Source: Rhodospirillaceae bacterium (GTDB taxonomy: Bacteria > Pseudomonadota > Gammaproteobacteria > Steroidobacterales > Rariloculaceae). Taken from it: a stretch of 64,000 nucleotides of DNA. Each line of letters begins with the position of its first letter. The first letter of the stretch is position 1. The stretch covers positions 17,260 to 81,259 of the forward strand of contig PBDA01000031.1 of NCBI GenBank assembly GCA_002718345.1, in the 5' to 3' direction. Positions 8,619 through 17,657 of the stretch are shown here, one piece after another. Below the pieces are notes generated by a model. That model worked only from the letters and a program-made list of their open reading frames with translations. It had not been told where the DNA came from and searched no databases. The translations under genes and the position numbers were made by a program.

Positions 8619-10875
8619 TACCTGCTAAATCAAATGATAATGCCTGATAACCAGCTTCCTCAATCGACGAAACTAATCTTTTAGTATCTCCATTAGACAG
8701 CGCTATGATAGATCCTCCACCACCTCCGCCTGTTAACTTTGCACCGATAGCACCATTCTCACGCGCAATATCCACGAGGTGCTCTAACTCGGGTGTTGAA
8801 ACCTGCAATGCATTGAGCATGCCGTGACAAACATTCATTAATTCCCCAAGAGCCAGTAAATCATTATCCTGTATAGCACGAACCCCCTGAAGCACAAGTG
8901 AATCGATCTGGTCAAAAATTCGGTCATAAAGACTTCTATCTTTTTTCCATGCATTTCTAACCCTGCCTACAGTTTTTGCAGTTAAACCTTCATATCCTGT
9001 CATCCCTATAACAATCGGAATTGGCTGAGTAATATTTAATGGTTCTACTAACGGTGGTTCCCCTGAACGGTAAACTAATGCATCCCCATAGGTAGCGACT
9101 GTATTATCTAATCCACTGGGTGTTCCGTGAGCAACTTTTTCTGATTCAAAAGCTAATCGATTAACTTCTTGATTTGTTAAGCCTAACCCAAAGTGTTTAT
9201 CCAAAGCCCGTACAATTGCCACTGCCATGGCTGCGGAACCCCCTAGTCCCATACCTCTAGGGACTTCTGGAAAAACCTCAATTCGAATACCGCGACCACT
9301 TAACCCAAGTTCATCCAACATCACGCCAGCTGGCTTCTCAAAAGATCTTCGATCCTTTGGATCAGTGGCAAGCTGATACTCAACTCCCCAACGTGGAATC
9401 ATCAGATGGATGCCATCAGCGCAGTCTTCAACTGCAGCTTTAATTACAATTGGTACAGCAGCAGCTATAGCATGCCTGCCATATACAACAGAGTGCTCCC
9501 CTAAGAGTACGATTTTACCGTACCCTACACCCATTTCAGACTCTTTAGTTTTTATCTGACTTTCCCGTTTCTTTTCGAAACGTGACTTTTGGAGATCAGT
9601 TGCTATCTCTTTAGCTTTCCATACTTTAATCTCATTACTTAGTATTAATCGATCCAAGACCTCATCAAATAACTCAATGGGTACCCCAGCAGCCGTCACA
9701 ACACTACGAGCATGTAGGGTCATATGCCCCTTCTGAATTCCTTCTGTTGCAAGTGCCTTTATAGCCGCAAAATTTTGAGATAGTCCAACAGCAGCCATAA
9801 CCTGCGCTAGCTCAGTTGAAGACTCAACAGCGAGAATTCGCATGTTGAGCTCAACTGTAGGATTAGACTTGAGAGGCGCTCCCACAATTCCAACTTTTAT
9901 GGGTAACTCAATGCTACCGCATAGATCTCCATCTTCATCAACAAACCACTTAGTCAGCGAAGCGTACCTTCCTCCACGAGCCGCATAAGCATGGGCGCCA
10001 GCCTCTATTGCGCGCCAATCATTGCCTGTTGCTATAGCAACAGGATCTATGCCATTCATGATCCCCTTGTTGTGTGTTGCTGCTCTATATGGATCTACCT
10101 GAGCAAAATCTGCGGCAATAATGATCCCATCTCTAACTTGTTCTCCCGAAAAATCATCACCTCCAAGTGCCTCTGCGGGAATCTTGCAACTTGCTCTTAC
10201 TAGGGAACGGTCATTTAGATTAGACAGAATCCGCAAAAAAACCTGTCCCCCTGTAATAGACTCAATCAGCGGCGCAACACCTTCGCACATTCCATTTGTC
10301 AAATTAGCTCCCATAGCATCGCGAGTATCAATAAGAAGATGAACAACCAACATCAAATTGCCTGTTGAAGGAAGAGGGTATGAAAACAACTCGATATCCT
10401 TAGCCCCACCTCCCCTTGCGACCATATTGGGATGAAAGCTATTAGCTAAATTTAGAATGTCTTGTTTTTTCTTAATTAGGGCAGCCCTTGCAGATTCTAT
10501 ATCTGGAAGATCAACTACCTGAATTTGTCCAATCATGACCGGATCGGTGGAATTTGCTTCTAATCCACCATGTTCAGAAATTAATTTTGAAGCTGAACCA
10601 AGAGCTGCGATTACCGATGGCTCTTCAACCGCCATTGGTACAACATAACGTTGATTGTTAACTATCAGATTCATGCCGAGGCCGAGCGGTAAACCCATAA
10701 CCCCAACTACGTTCTCAACCATTTTATCTGCAGATTCAAGGTCTAGAGTGTGCTTACCACTTGCAAGCGATCTAAAATCACTGCTTGTTACAAGACCACG
10801 TTCGTGCACAACACGAACACGCTCCTCAACACTGAGTTTATAAAACTCAGGAATCCGCCTTAAGTCATCTTCCAT
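8602..10875 (-). CDS. Fused class II HMG-CoA reductase (approx. residues 1-430) and mevalonate kinase (residues 448-757)
   Basis: 757 aa in one continuous frame. The N-terminal part has EEPSVIAA, DAMGAN and GNDWRA (class II HMGR). After a Lys/Glu-rich linker, the C-terminal part has GKIVLLGEHSVVYG, GLGGSAAMAVA and KLTGGGGGGS (GHMP mevalonate kinase). Confidence 0.9.
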   Translation of the reverse strand: MEDDLRRIPEFYKLSVEERVRVVHERGLVTSSDFRSLASGKHTLDLESADKMVENVVGVMGLPLGLGMNLIVNNQRYVVPMAVEEPSVIAALGSASKLISEHGGLEANSTDPVMIGQIQVVDLPDIESARAALIKKKQDILNLANSFHPNMVARGGGAKDIELFSYPLPSTGNLMLVVHLLIDTRDAMGANLTNGMCEGVAPLIESITGGQVFLRILSNLNDRSLVRASCKIPAEALGGDDFSGEQVRDGIIIAADFAQVDPYRAATHNKGIMNGIDPVAIATGNDWRAIEAGAHAYAARGGRYASLTKWFVDEDGDLCGSIELPIKVGIVGAPLKSNPTVELNMRILAVESSTELAQVMAAVGLSQNFAAIKALATEGIQKGHMTLHARSVVTAAGVPIELFDEVLDRLILSNEIKVWKAKEIATDLQKSRFEKKRESQIKTKESEMGVGYGKIVLLGEHSVVYGRHAIAAAVPIVIKAAVEDCADGIHLMIPRWGVEYQLATDPKDRRSFEKPAGVMLDELGLSGRGIRIEVFPEVPRGMGLGGSAAMAVAIVRALDKHFGLGLTNQEVNRLAFESEKVAHGTPSGLDNTVATYGDALVYRSGEPPLVEPLNITQPIPIVIGMTGYEGLTAKTVGRVRNAWKKDRSLYDRIFDQIDSLVLQGVRAIQDNDLLALGELMNVCHGMLNALQVSTPELEHLVDIARENGAIGAKLTGGGGGGSIIALSNGDTKRLVSSIEEAGYQALSFDLAGSVNGS

Positions 10876-11894
10876 TATGTAATCATCTCTACAGCCAAAC
10901 CTTTCTCTGCTATTTTAAGGTCTAAAACTTTATGGTTCTTGCTAGCCTTTTTCTTGAACTGTTCAAGCACATCTGAATCAGAAGAAAAAGCAAGGCCCAT
11001 ATCACCACCTCCAGCACCACTTGCTTTATAGGAAACTCCTAGGTCATTTGCTGTTATCTGCAAATGACGGTGTGCTGGCGTGAAAATCTCTGTTCCCATA
11101 CTATTACCTAATGCTTCCAAACATCTGCTATATTCACTTATCGATCTCAAAAAAACTTCAGCATTATTCGCCTTACATGCACTGATTCCAACTTGAGCAA
11201 TGTCAGCCATTTTGGTTTGCTGGTTTTCAGCTTTGCTAGGTGCTTCCTCACACCACTCCCGGTAGCATTTTAGGTAATTTATTGTATTGGCAGCTGAGCC
11301 AGTAAAAACCCCAGCGAATTCTACTCCCTTAGGAAGCTGTACTGAAGACACATGTGGTTCTCTTAATCCATCTAATTGAAAGGTAATAACGCCTCCATAC
11401 AGACTAGCAGCAACATCTATACCGCTACCTGAGCCTCCTTGAATCATTCTATGCATACCTATTAGCTTTCGAAGGACTACACCATCTGCTGCCAAAAATT
11501 CATTATCAGAAAAAGCAGCCCAAGCTCCAGCCCAAGCTGTCAAAGCAGCTGCGCTAGAACCAAGACCAACTTTCATTCCACTATCAAATAGTTGACTGGA
11601 ATCTATTAATGCAGAACAGATTTTTCCTTTTGGAAAAAACCGAGAAACTGTATCTACTACCTGAAAACCACTAATTTCACCTTTACCAAATTTAACTTCT
11701 TGGTCTTTAGTGGTCCTCGCAATCATGCGTGAAAAAGCATCATCGCTTGAAGTGATTTTTGCATGACAGTAGCGGTTGATAGCAAGAACCATAGAAGGTG
11801 AGCCATTAATCACAGCGTACTCCCCCAAAACTACCAACTTGCCAGGTGCTTTAGATACTATTTTATCAGGCCGCATGTTATGTCTTCTGAGCAT
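10875..11894 (-). CDS. Phosphomevalonate kinase (GHMP family)
   Basis: 339 aa with APGKLVVLGEYAVINGS and GLGSSAAALTA. It sits between the diphosphomevalonate decarboxylase and HMGR-MVK genes, with a 1-nt stop/start overlap with the downstream gene. Confidence 0.8.
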   Translation of the reverse strand: MLRRHNMRPDKIVSKAPGKLVVLGEYAVINGSPSMVLAINRYCHAKITSSDDAFSRMIARTTKDQEVKFGKGEISGFQVVDTVSRFFPKGKICSALIDSSQLFDSGMKVGLGSSAAALTAWAGAWAAFSDNEFLAADGVVLRKLIGMHRMIQGGSGSGIDVAASLYGGVITFQLDGLREPHVSSVQLPKGVEFAGVFTGSAANTINYLKCYREWCEEAPSKAENQQTKMADIAQVGISACKANNAEVFLRSISEYSRCLEALGNSMGTEIFTPAHRHLQITANDLGVSYKASGAGGGDMGLAFSSDSDVLEQFKKKASKNHKVLDLKIAEKGLAVEMIT

Positions 11895-12849
11895 CTGCGC
11901 CTAACCCAGTAACCAACGTATCTAATACTCCTGGAATACTTTGAAGAACTTCCTGAACCTTCTTGCTGTTGTCAGGGGCACAAATAGCCTTTAACTGAGG
12001 ACCCGCATCGATCGTAAAAAAGACAGGAACACCAGAGGTACGAAGCTCTTTTACAGCATGTATACAAGCAACCGTAGCCGGCTTCCAATAAATCAAAGCA
12101 GGTTGAGATGTCATTGTCACAGCATGCATTTTCAAACAATTGTGCTCAGAAACTTCAGCTAATCTCTCAAAATCGCGCGCATAAATGGCTTCTCGTATTG
12201 CACTTAAGTCTTTGGTACTAGTCTTTACCCACCCCAGATAATATGGAGAGGTTAATGAGGACTGAGTCATTCCAACTCGAGAGCTGATTACTTTCTCTCT
12301 TTTCTCCGTGATTGCTATAACTACCTCAAGCGGCCAACTCTCAGATGGAATAATAGGTTCAGCAAAGCTATCTGAACCATCTGGGTTTTGTCCTGCATGC
12401 ATCTCAACAAACCCTCCAAAAATTGATCTTGCAGCGGACCCAGAACCTTGCCGAGCAATAATACTTAAATTTTTTTGCGACAAATCTAGTTTAAGTGCAT
12501 TCGCACTTGCTATTGCAAGAGCAGCAAATCCAGAAGCAGAAGAAGCTAAACCAGCTCCCGTTGGAAAGTTATTTTTACTTACTATATGTGCTCTAGTCTT
12601 CACACCTGCATAAATACGCAATAAATCAAGAAACTTTGTAGCATGTTCTATCAAATCCTTGCGAACTTCACCATTGAGAACGAGAGTGTCAGCATCATAT
12701 GAGTTATTAAATTCCACCTCTGTCTCTGTCCAGAGTGCATCCAAAGTAATTGAAATAGAGCCAACGACAGGTATGTTTAAAGCAGAATCTAACTTACCCC
12801 AATATTTTGCGAGTGCTATATTTGCTCTAGCTTTAGCGGATCCTTTCAC
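11878..12849 (-). CDS. mvaD: Diphosphomevalonate decarboxylase
   Basis: 323 aa with NIALAKYWGK, PTGAGLASSASGFAALA and GSGSAARS. Confidence 0.9.
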   Translation of the reverse strand: MKGSAKARANIALAKYWGKLDSALNIPVVGSISITLDALWTETEVEFNNSYDADTLVLNGEVRKDLIEHATKFLDLLRIYAGVKTRAHIVSKNNFPTGAGLASSASGFAALAIASANALKLDLSQKNLSIIARQGSGSAARSIFGGFVEMHAGQNPDGSDSFAEPIIPSESWPLEVVIAITEKREKVISSRVGMTQSSLTSPYYLGWVKTSTKDLSAIREAIYARDFERLAEVSEHNCLKMHAVTMTSQPALIYWKPATVACIHAVKELRTSGVPVFFTIDAGPQLKAICAPDNSKKVQEVLQSIPGVLDTLVTGLGADAQKT

Positions 12850-12872
12850 TATATTTGCACCTCGGAAAAAAA

Positions 12873-13994
12873 CTAATCTATATCTTTACTTGTTAATTGC
12901 AGCTTTGAAGCAAAAGAATCGAAAACCAAACGCAATGCTTTGTTACTCCCAAGCACAATATTAGAGGCAAAAGTAGCAGCCTCAGCAGTTCTTCGTGAAA
13001 TTTTTACTTGTTCTGCTGATGTATAACTTGGATTAGCATGAATTTTTCGCAACGTAAGAACTGCAAAACTCAAAGCCCAAACACAGAAACGTCTAATGCC
13101 CAATTCCTGTGTAGGTATTTCACACGTGTACTCAAGTCCTTGTCGTACATTCCCACACGCAATAGAAATAAGTTTATTCATTCCATCTAGATATGCTTGA
13201 CTATTTTGATATTGATCTAATACTTTCATTTCTGCCTTATTCTTAGAAAAAACAGAGCGTGGCGCCCAACACGCACCAAGCTCTCGATCATTCCACATAT
13301 CCTTTAATATATTTGTCATTTGCAAACCTTTACCAAATGCTACGGCAAGCTCCATCATTTCATTACGTTTTTTTTCAAGCTCCGCACAATGAATGCAAAA
13401 TAGTTCAGTCAACATTTCCCCAACAACGCCTGCAACTATGTAGCAGTATTCATATAGTTGCTCTAAGTCTTTTAGACCAGCCAAACTTTTTATGCGCTGA
13501 AACTCGGGCATGCCCGTACACATAGTTTTAATACAACTTTGTAATGCTTGCTGTTCTCTTATTGAAAAACCATTAGTGATACGAATTATCTTAGACGAAT
13601 TTTCGATAAGGCTTCTTTCATCTGGCAAAGTCTCTTCTGAAAGTAAAGGCCCTAATTCAGACGAAAAAGCTCTAGCATCAGATCGACCCTCTACAACAGA
13701 AATGAAGTGTTGGTGAAACCTAGATTTCTGTGTTGCATCCAAAAAAATGTCATCTTCAATCGTATCTGCAATCCTACACAATAGATAAGCATTAGCCACA
13801 ACCGGGGAAAGCGAATGAGGCAAAACAGGAATCGTCATGGCAAAGGTACGAGAAACCCCCGGAAGAATCCGGGCCTGATATTGCAAATCATCTTGATTGC
13901 AAAGAATAAGTTGACTCGGTTTAGAGTTCAAAACAAATTGAGACCGGTGCGCACCGGTTAAGTGGTACGATAAAAACATGATATCACGTACCAA
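12873..13994 (-). CDS. Squalene/phytoene synthase family protein, squalene-synthase-like (farnesyl-diphosphate farnesyltransferase)
   Basis: 373 aa with SRTFAMTIPVLP, first Asp-rich motif CRIADTIEDD, YCYIVAGVVGEML, and second motif LKDMWND. The true start may be the internal Met (MFLSYH). Confidence 0.8.
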   Translation of the reverse strand: MVRDIMFLSYHLTGAHRSQFVLNSKPSQLILCNQDDLQYQARILPGVSRTFAMTIPVLPHSLSPVVANAYLLCRIADTIEDDIFLDATQKSRFHQHFISVVEGRSDARAFSSELGPLLSEETLPDERSLIENSSKIIRITNGFSIREQQALQSCIKTMCTGMPEFQRIKSLAGLKDLEQLYEYCYIVAGVVGEMLTELFCIHCAELEKKRNEMMELAVAFGKGLQMTNILKDMWNDRELGACWAPRSVFSKNKAEMKVLDQYQNSQAYLDGMNKLISIACGNVRQGLEYTCEIPTQELGIRRFCVWALSFAVLTLRKIHANPSYTSAEQVKISRRTAEAATFASNIVLGSNKALRLVFDSFASKLQLTSKDID

Positions 13995-14892
13995 CGCAAA
14001 CTCTTTTAGAAAAAATCTCGAACTCTATGCTGAAAGAGTTAATACCCACCTTAAGGCCATCATAGATGCCCAATACAAAAGTGGTGCTCCTCAAGAACTC
14101 ATTAAAGCTATGCAATATGCAGTACTTGGGCCAGGAAAACGAATTAGACCCGTTCTGACTTATGCGTCTGCAGAACTTCTTTCTCTCAAAGCAGAACAAG
14201 TAGATTCAATTGCTGCTGCAGTAGAACTCGTACATACCTACTCCTTAATACATGACGATCTCCCTGCTATGGATGACGATGATTTGCGTCGTGGTCGTCT
14301 GACCACTCACAGAGAATTCAATGAAGCAACAGCAATTCTAACTGGTGATGCTTTGCAAGCTATTGCATTTGAAGTGCTCTACAGCGACCATTTTTTGAGA
14401 AAAGATAATGCTGCTCAAATTGAAACTATAGGGTGGTTAGCTAAAGTTTCCGGGCCCAAAGGAATGGTTGGAGGCCAATTGCTAGATATAGAAGCAGAGA
14501 AGGGTGTAACTGATGAAGAAGGAATAGCTAACATTCATAATCTAAAAACCGGGCAGTTAATAAGAGCCGCTATCATGATGCCTAGCGAATTATCCCAAAT
14601 CACTAAAGAAGCAAAAACAAAACTTGATGAATTTGCAAGTTTGATTGGTCTTGTATTTCAAATAATAGATGATCTACTAGAGACTCAGCAAGATACAGCC
14701 GTATTAGGCAAAAGCTCTAAATCTGATATGAAAAAAAATAAAGCTACTTACCCATCTGTATTAGGTGCTGACAAATCTTATGACAGAGTTCATAAGCTAT
14801 ATGATAACTCAATGAAAGCTTTAGATTTTTTTGGGAAAGATGCTAATACTTTACGTTGTGTTGCAGATTACATAATCAATCGTTCACACTGA
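13978..14892 (+). CDS. ispA: (2E,6E)-farnesyl diphosphate synthase
   Basis: 304 aa with the FARM motif LIHDDLPAMDDDDLRRGR and the SARM motif FQIIDDLL. It is divergent from the squalene-synthase-like gene. Confidence 0.9.
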   Translation: MISRTNANSFRKNLELYAERVNTHLKAIIDAQYKSGAPQELIKAMQYAVLGPGKRIRPVLTYASAELLSLKAEQVDSIAAAVELVHTYSLIHDDLPAMDDDDLRRGRLTTHREFNEATAILTGDALQAIAFEVLYSDHFLRKDNAAQIETIGWLAKVSGPKGMVGGQLLDIEAEKGVTDEEGIANIHNLKTGQLIRAAIMMPSELSQITKEAKTKLDEFASLIGLVFQIIDDLLETQQDTAVLGKSSKSDMKKNKATYPSVLGADKSYDRVHKLYDNSMKALDFFGKDANTLRCVADYIINRSH

Positions 14893-14901
14893 ACAATCAC
14901 G

Positions 14902-16530
14902 TTATTCAAATAACCCTTTAGAATGCTGCTCTCTTAAAGTGGCTTTAGATATTTTTCCTGTTGCTGTATGTGGAATTGAATCTACTATATTCATTGAATC
15001 TGGAATCCACCAATCTGCCACCTTTCCCTTAAAGGAAGAAAGGATACTGCCCTGAACTGGGTCTGCTCCTTCAACACAAACTACTATTAGGTGAGGCCGT
15101 TCACCCCATTTTTCATCATCGATTCCAATAACAGCTGCTTCAGCCACATCAGGATGAGCAACAGCTATATTTTCTAGTTCAATAGAGCTGATCCATTCAC
15201 CTCCAGATTTAATTACGTCTTTTGTTCTGTCAGTAATATTTAGGAACCCCTGCTGATCAATAGTTGCAACATCTCCAGTTGAAAACCAACCCTCTTGATC
15301 ATGTGTTTCGCTATTATCATCTTCACCATAGTAGGCATCTGCTACCCACCATCCACGCACTTTAAGATCGCCAAAAGCCACTCCATCATGAGGCAAATCT
15401 TTTCCTTCATCATCCACTATTTTCATATCCACACCAAAAGGAGCTCTCCCTTGCTTAGCTCTTACTTTGTTTCTATCAGACTCTTCTAATTTATCCATGC
15501 TAGGTATCAACGTATTCACAGTGCCCAGTGGACTCATTTCCGTCATTCCCCAAGCATGATGTGTATATACCCCATGTAGTTTTTCAAATTCCTCCATAAT
15601 AGATATGGGACAAGCAGATCCACCGACAACAGTTCTATTTAAAGTGCCTATAGTCTTACCTGTATCTTTAAGATAAGCCAATAAAGCAAGCCAAACGGTT
15701 GGCACTCCCAATGCGATCGTTACACCTTCGTTCTCAATTAATGAGTGCAAAGTTTCACCATCTCCCATTTTTGGCCCGGGCAATACAATCTTTGAACCCG
15801 CAATAGGACAAGAATAAGGCGTTCCCCATGCATTCACATGAAACATCGGCACCACTGGCATAACAACATCATTGTGAGATAACCCTAGAACGCCCGCCAT
15901 ACAACTACCATAAGCATGAAGAACTGTTGACCGATGATCATAAAGGACACCTTTTGGATTGCCAGTTGTCCCTGATGTGTAACAAAGCGCACTTGCCGTT
16001 GTCTCTTCCAATTCAGGCCATGAAAATGGAGAATCATCTTGGGCAAGAAGCTCCTCATAACAATAAATATCCAACGAACTACTCTCAGGCATTTTTTCCT
16101 TTGAAGTCAGAGCCACAAAAGCTTTTACCGAGGATAATTCATCTGCCAAGCCTTCAAGCAAAGGTAGAAACATAGGATCAAAAAAAATAACCTGATCATT
16201 GGCATGACTAAAAATATAAGCCAATTGTTCAGAAAAAAGTCTTGGGTTTACTGTGTGCAAAACTAAACCAGAGCAGGAAACTCCATAATACAATTCCAAA
16301 TGTCGATGATCATTCCAGGCAAGGGTTGCAATGCGATCACCAGGTTTTACCCCTAGTCGTCTAAGCGCATGGGCAACTTGATTTGCTCGCTCAAATACAT
16401 TTTTATATGTACTCCGATGTACTCCCTCATCAGAAGTAATCGAAATTACCTCGGTATCATGGTAAAGCCTTGTGGCATAAAGCATTATCTCCGTTATAGT
16501 TAGAGGTGTGGACATCATTTTCCCACGCAT
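14902..16530 (-). CDS. AMP-dependent acyl-CoA synthetase (long-chain fatty-acid--CoA ligase family)
   Basis: 542 aa with the AMP-binding motifs [19 protein letters not shown] and IKSGGEWIS. Confidence 0.88.
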   Translation of the reverse strand: MRGKMMSTPLTITEIMLYATRLYHDTEVISITSDEGVHRSTYKNVFERANQVAHALRRLGVKPGDRIATLAWNDHRHLELYYGVSCSGLVLHTVNPRLFSEQLAYIFSHANDQVIFFDPMFLPLLEGLADELSSVKAFVALTSKEKMPESSSLDIYCYEELLAQDDSPFSWPELEETTASALCYTSGTTGNPKGVLYDHRSTVLHAYGSCMAGVLGLSHNDVVMPVVPMFHVNAWGTPYSCPIAGSKIVLPGPKMGDGETLHSLIENEGVTIALGVPTVWLALLAYLKDTGKTIGTLNRTVVGGSACPISIMEEFEKLHGVYTHHAWGMTEMSPLGTVNTLIPSMDKLEESDRNKVRAKQGRAPFGVDMKIVDDEGKDLPHDGVAFGDLKVRGWWVADAYYGEDDNSETHDQEGWFSTGDVATIDQQGFLNITDRTKDVIKSGGEWISSIELENIAVAHPDVAEAAVIGIDDEKWGERPHLIVVCVEGADPVQGSILSSFKGKVADWWIPDSMNIVDSIPHTATGKISKATLREQHSKGLFE

Positions 16531-16767
16531 TATTGTTCTCCATTTAAGCTAAAAATAACTATACATTGATAAACATCAGTAGTCTTAGGTTTACGACAAA
16601 CTATATTTAAAGATTAAAAAAAGAAATGAACTTCATAGCTCTACGAAAATTTGATTAAAATTCTTAAACTAGGTTGAGACAGTAGCCTATGAAGCTTAAA
16701 ATCTGACGTCATATAGTTCAAATAACCTTAATCACAAAAGATACATAACTATTCAATAAAAGATTTT

Positions 16768-17610
16768 ATGCGGGAATACACTACCCTAGAAGTTTCTGAT
16801 CTATTAAAGATAGATCCTAAGCAGATTCGGTCTTTTGCTAAACAAAAGTTTGTTAAACCAAATCGTAATGCAAGCGGCCATTTTAGATTTTCATTTCAAG
16901 ATCTTGTGATTCTTCGAACAGCCAACGAACTGGTTTTAGCTGGGCTAGATTCAAGACGAGTAACGAAAGCTCTGCGTTCTCTCAAAGAAAAACTACCGAC
17001 CGAAAGGCCTTTAAGCTCGGTAAGAGTACTTGCTCAAGCTGATCAAGTGCTTGTTCGAGAAAGAGACACTTCTTGGGAAGTTGAGTCGGGACAGGCGATC
17101 TTTGATTTTCAAATAGATGAACTATCCAAAAAAGTTGCACCGCTTATCAAGGAAAAAGCATCTGTTGCTAGAGCAAAGGCTAATACAAGCGATGAGTGGT
17201 TTGAGCTAGCACTCGAGTTTGACCAAGTGGGTAACAAAAAAGAAGCGCTAGCAGCCTATAAAGAAACTTTATCACTTAATGCGACACACGTTAATGCTCA
17301 AATTAATCTTGGAAGACTCTTGCATAATGAGCGCTTATATGAACAAGCAGAAAAGCTTTACAGAGGCGCTTTAAAAGTTGACCCAACCCACGCAATAGCA
17401 GCATTTAATCTGGGGGTTGCTCTCGAAGATCAGCATGCCATCTCTGAAGCAATAGATACTTATAATCATACGCTTTTGCTCGACCCGGATTTTCCAGATG
17501 CCCACTACAACCTTGCGCGACTATATGAAAATCTTGGAAATCAACAGGCAGCAGTACAACATTTTTCAAGATTTAAGACGCTTAGCTCTCAACGTGATGA
17601 TAGTCACTAG
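16768..17610 (+). CDS. MerR-type HTH domain fused to TPR repeats (putative regulator)
   Basis: 280 aa. The N-terminus YTTLEVSDLLKIDPKQIRSFAKQ...FSFQDLVILR resembles a MerR HTH. The C-terminal half has 3-4 TPR-like repeats (AYKETLSLN, LYRGALKVDP, TYNHTLLLDP, ARLYENLGN). Confidence 0.7.
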   Translation: MREYTTLEVSDLLKIDPKQIRSFAKQKFVKPNRNASGHFRFSFQDLVILRTANELVLAGLDSRRVTKALRSLKEKLPTERPLSSVRVLAQADQVLVRERDTSWEVESGQAIFDFQIDELSKKVAPLIKEKASVARAKANTSDEWFELALEFDQVGNKKEALAAYKETLSLNATHVNAQINLGRLLHNERLYEQAEKLYRGALKVDPTHAIAAFNLGVALEDQHAISEAIDTYNHTLLLDPDFPDAHYNLARLYENLGNQQAAVQHFSRFKTLSSQRDDSH

Positions 17611-17657
17611 TTTGCTGCCGAACCAAAGGACAAGTACTCTTTGTTCAACTAATTAAC

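Noticed and set aside
12873-13994. Alternative call as phytoene synthase CrtB
   Set aside because: No crtI, crtY or crtE genes are nearby. The motif spacing (SRTFAMTIP, CRIADTIEDD, LKDMWND) looks more like eukaryote-type squalene synthase. This remains uncertain without phylogeny.
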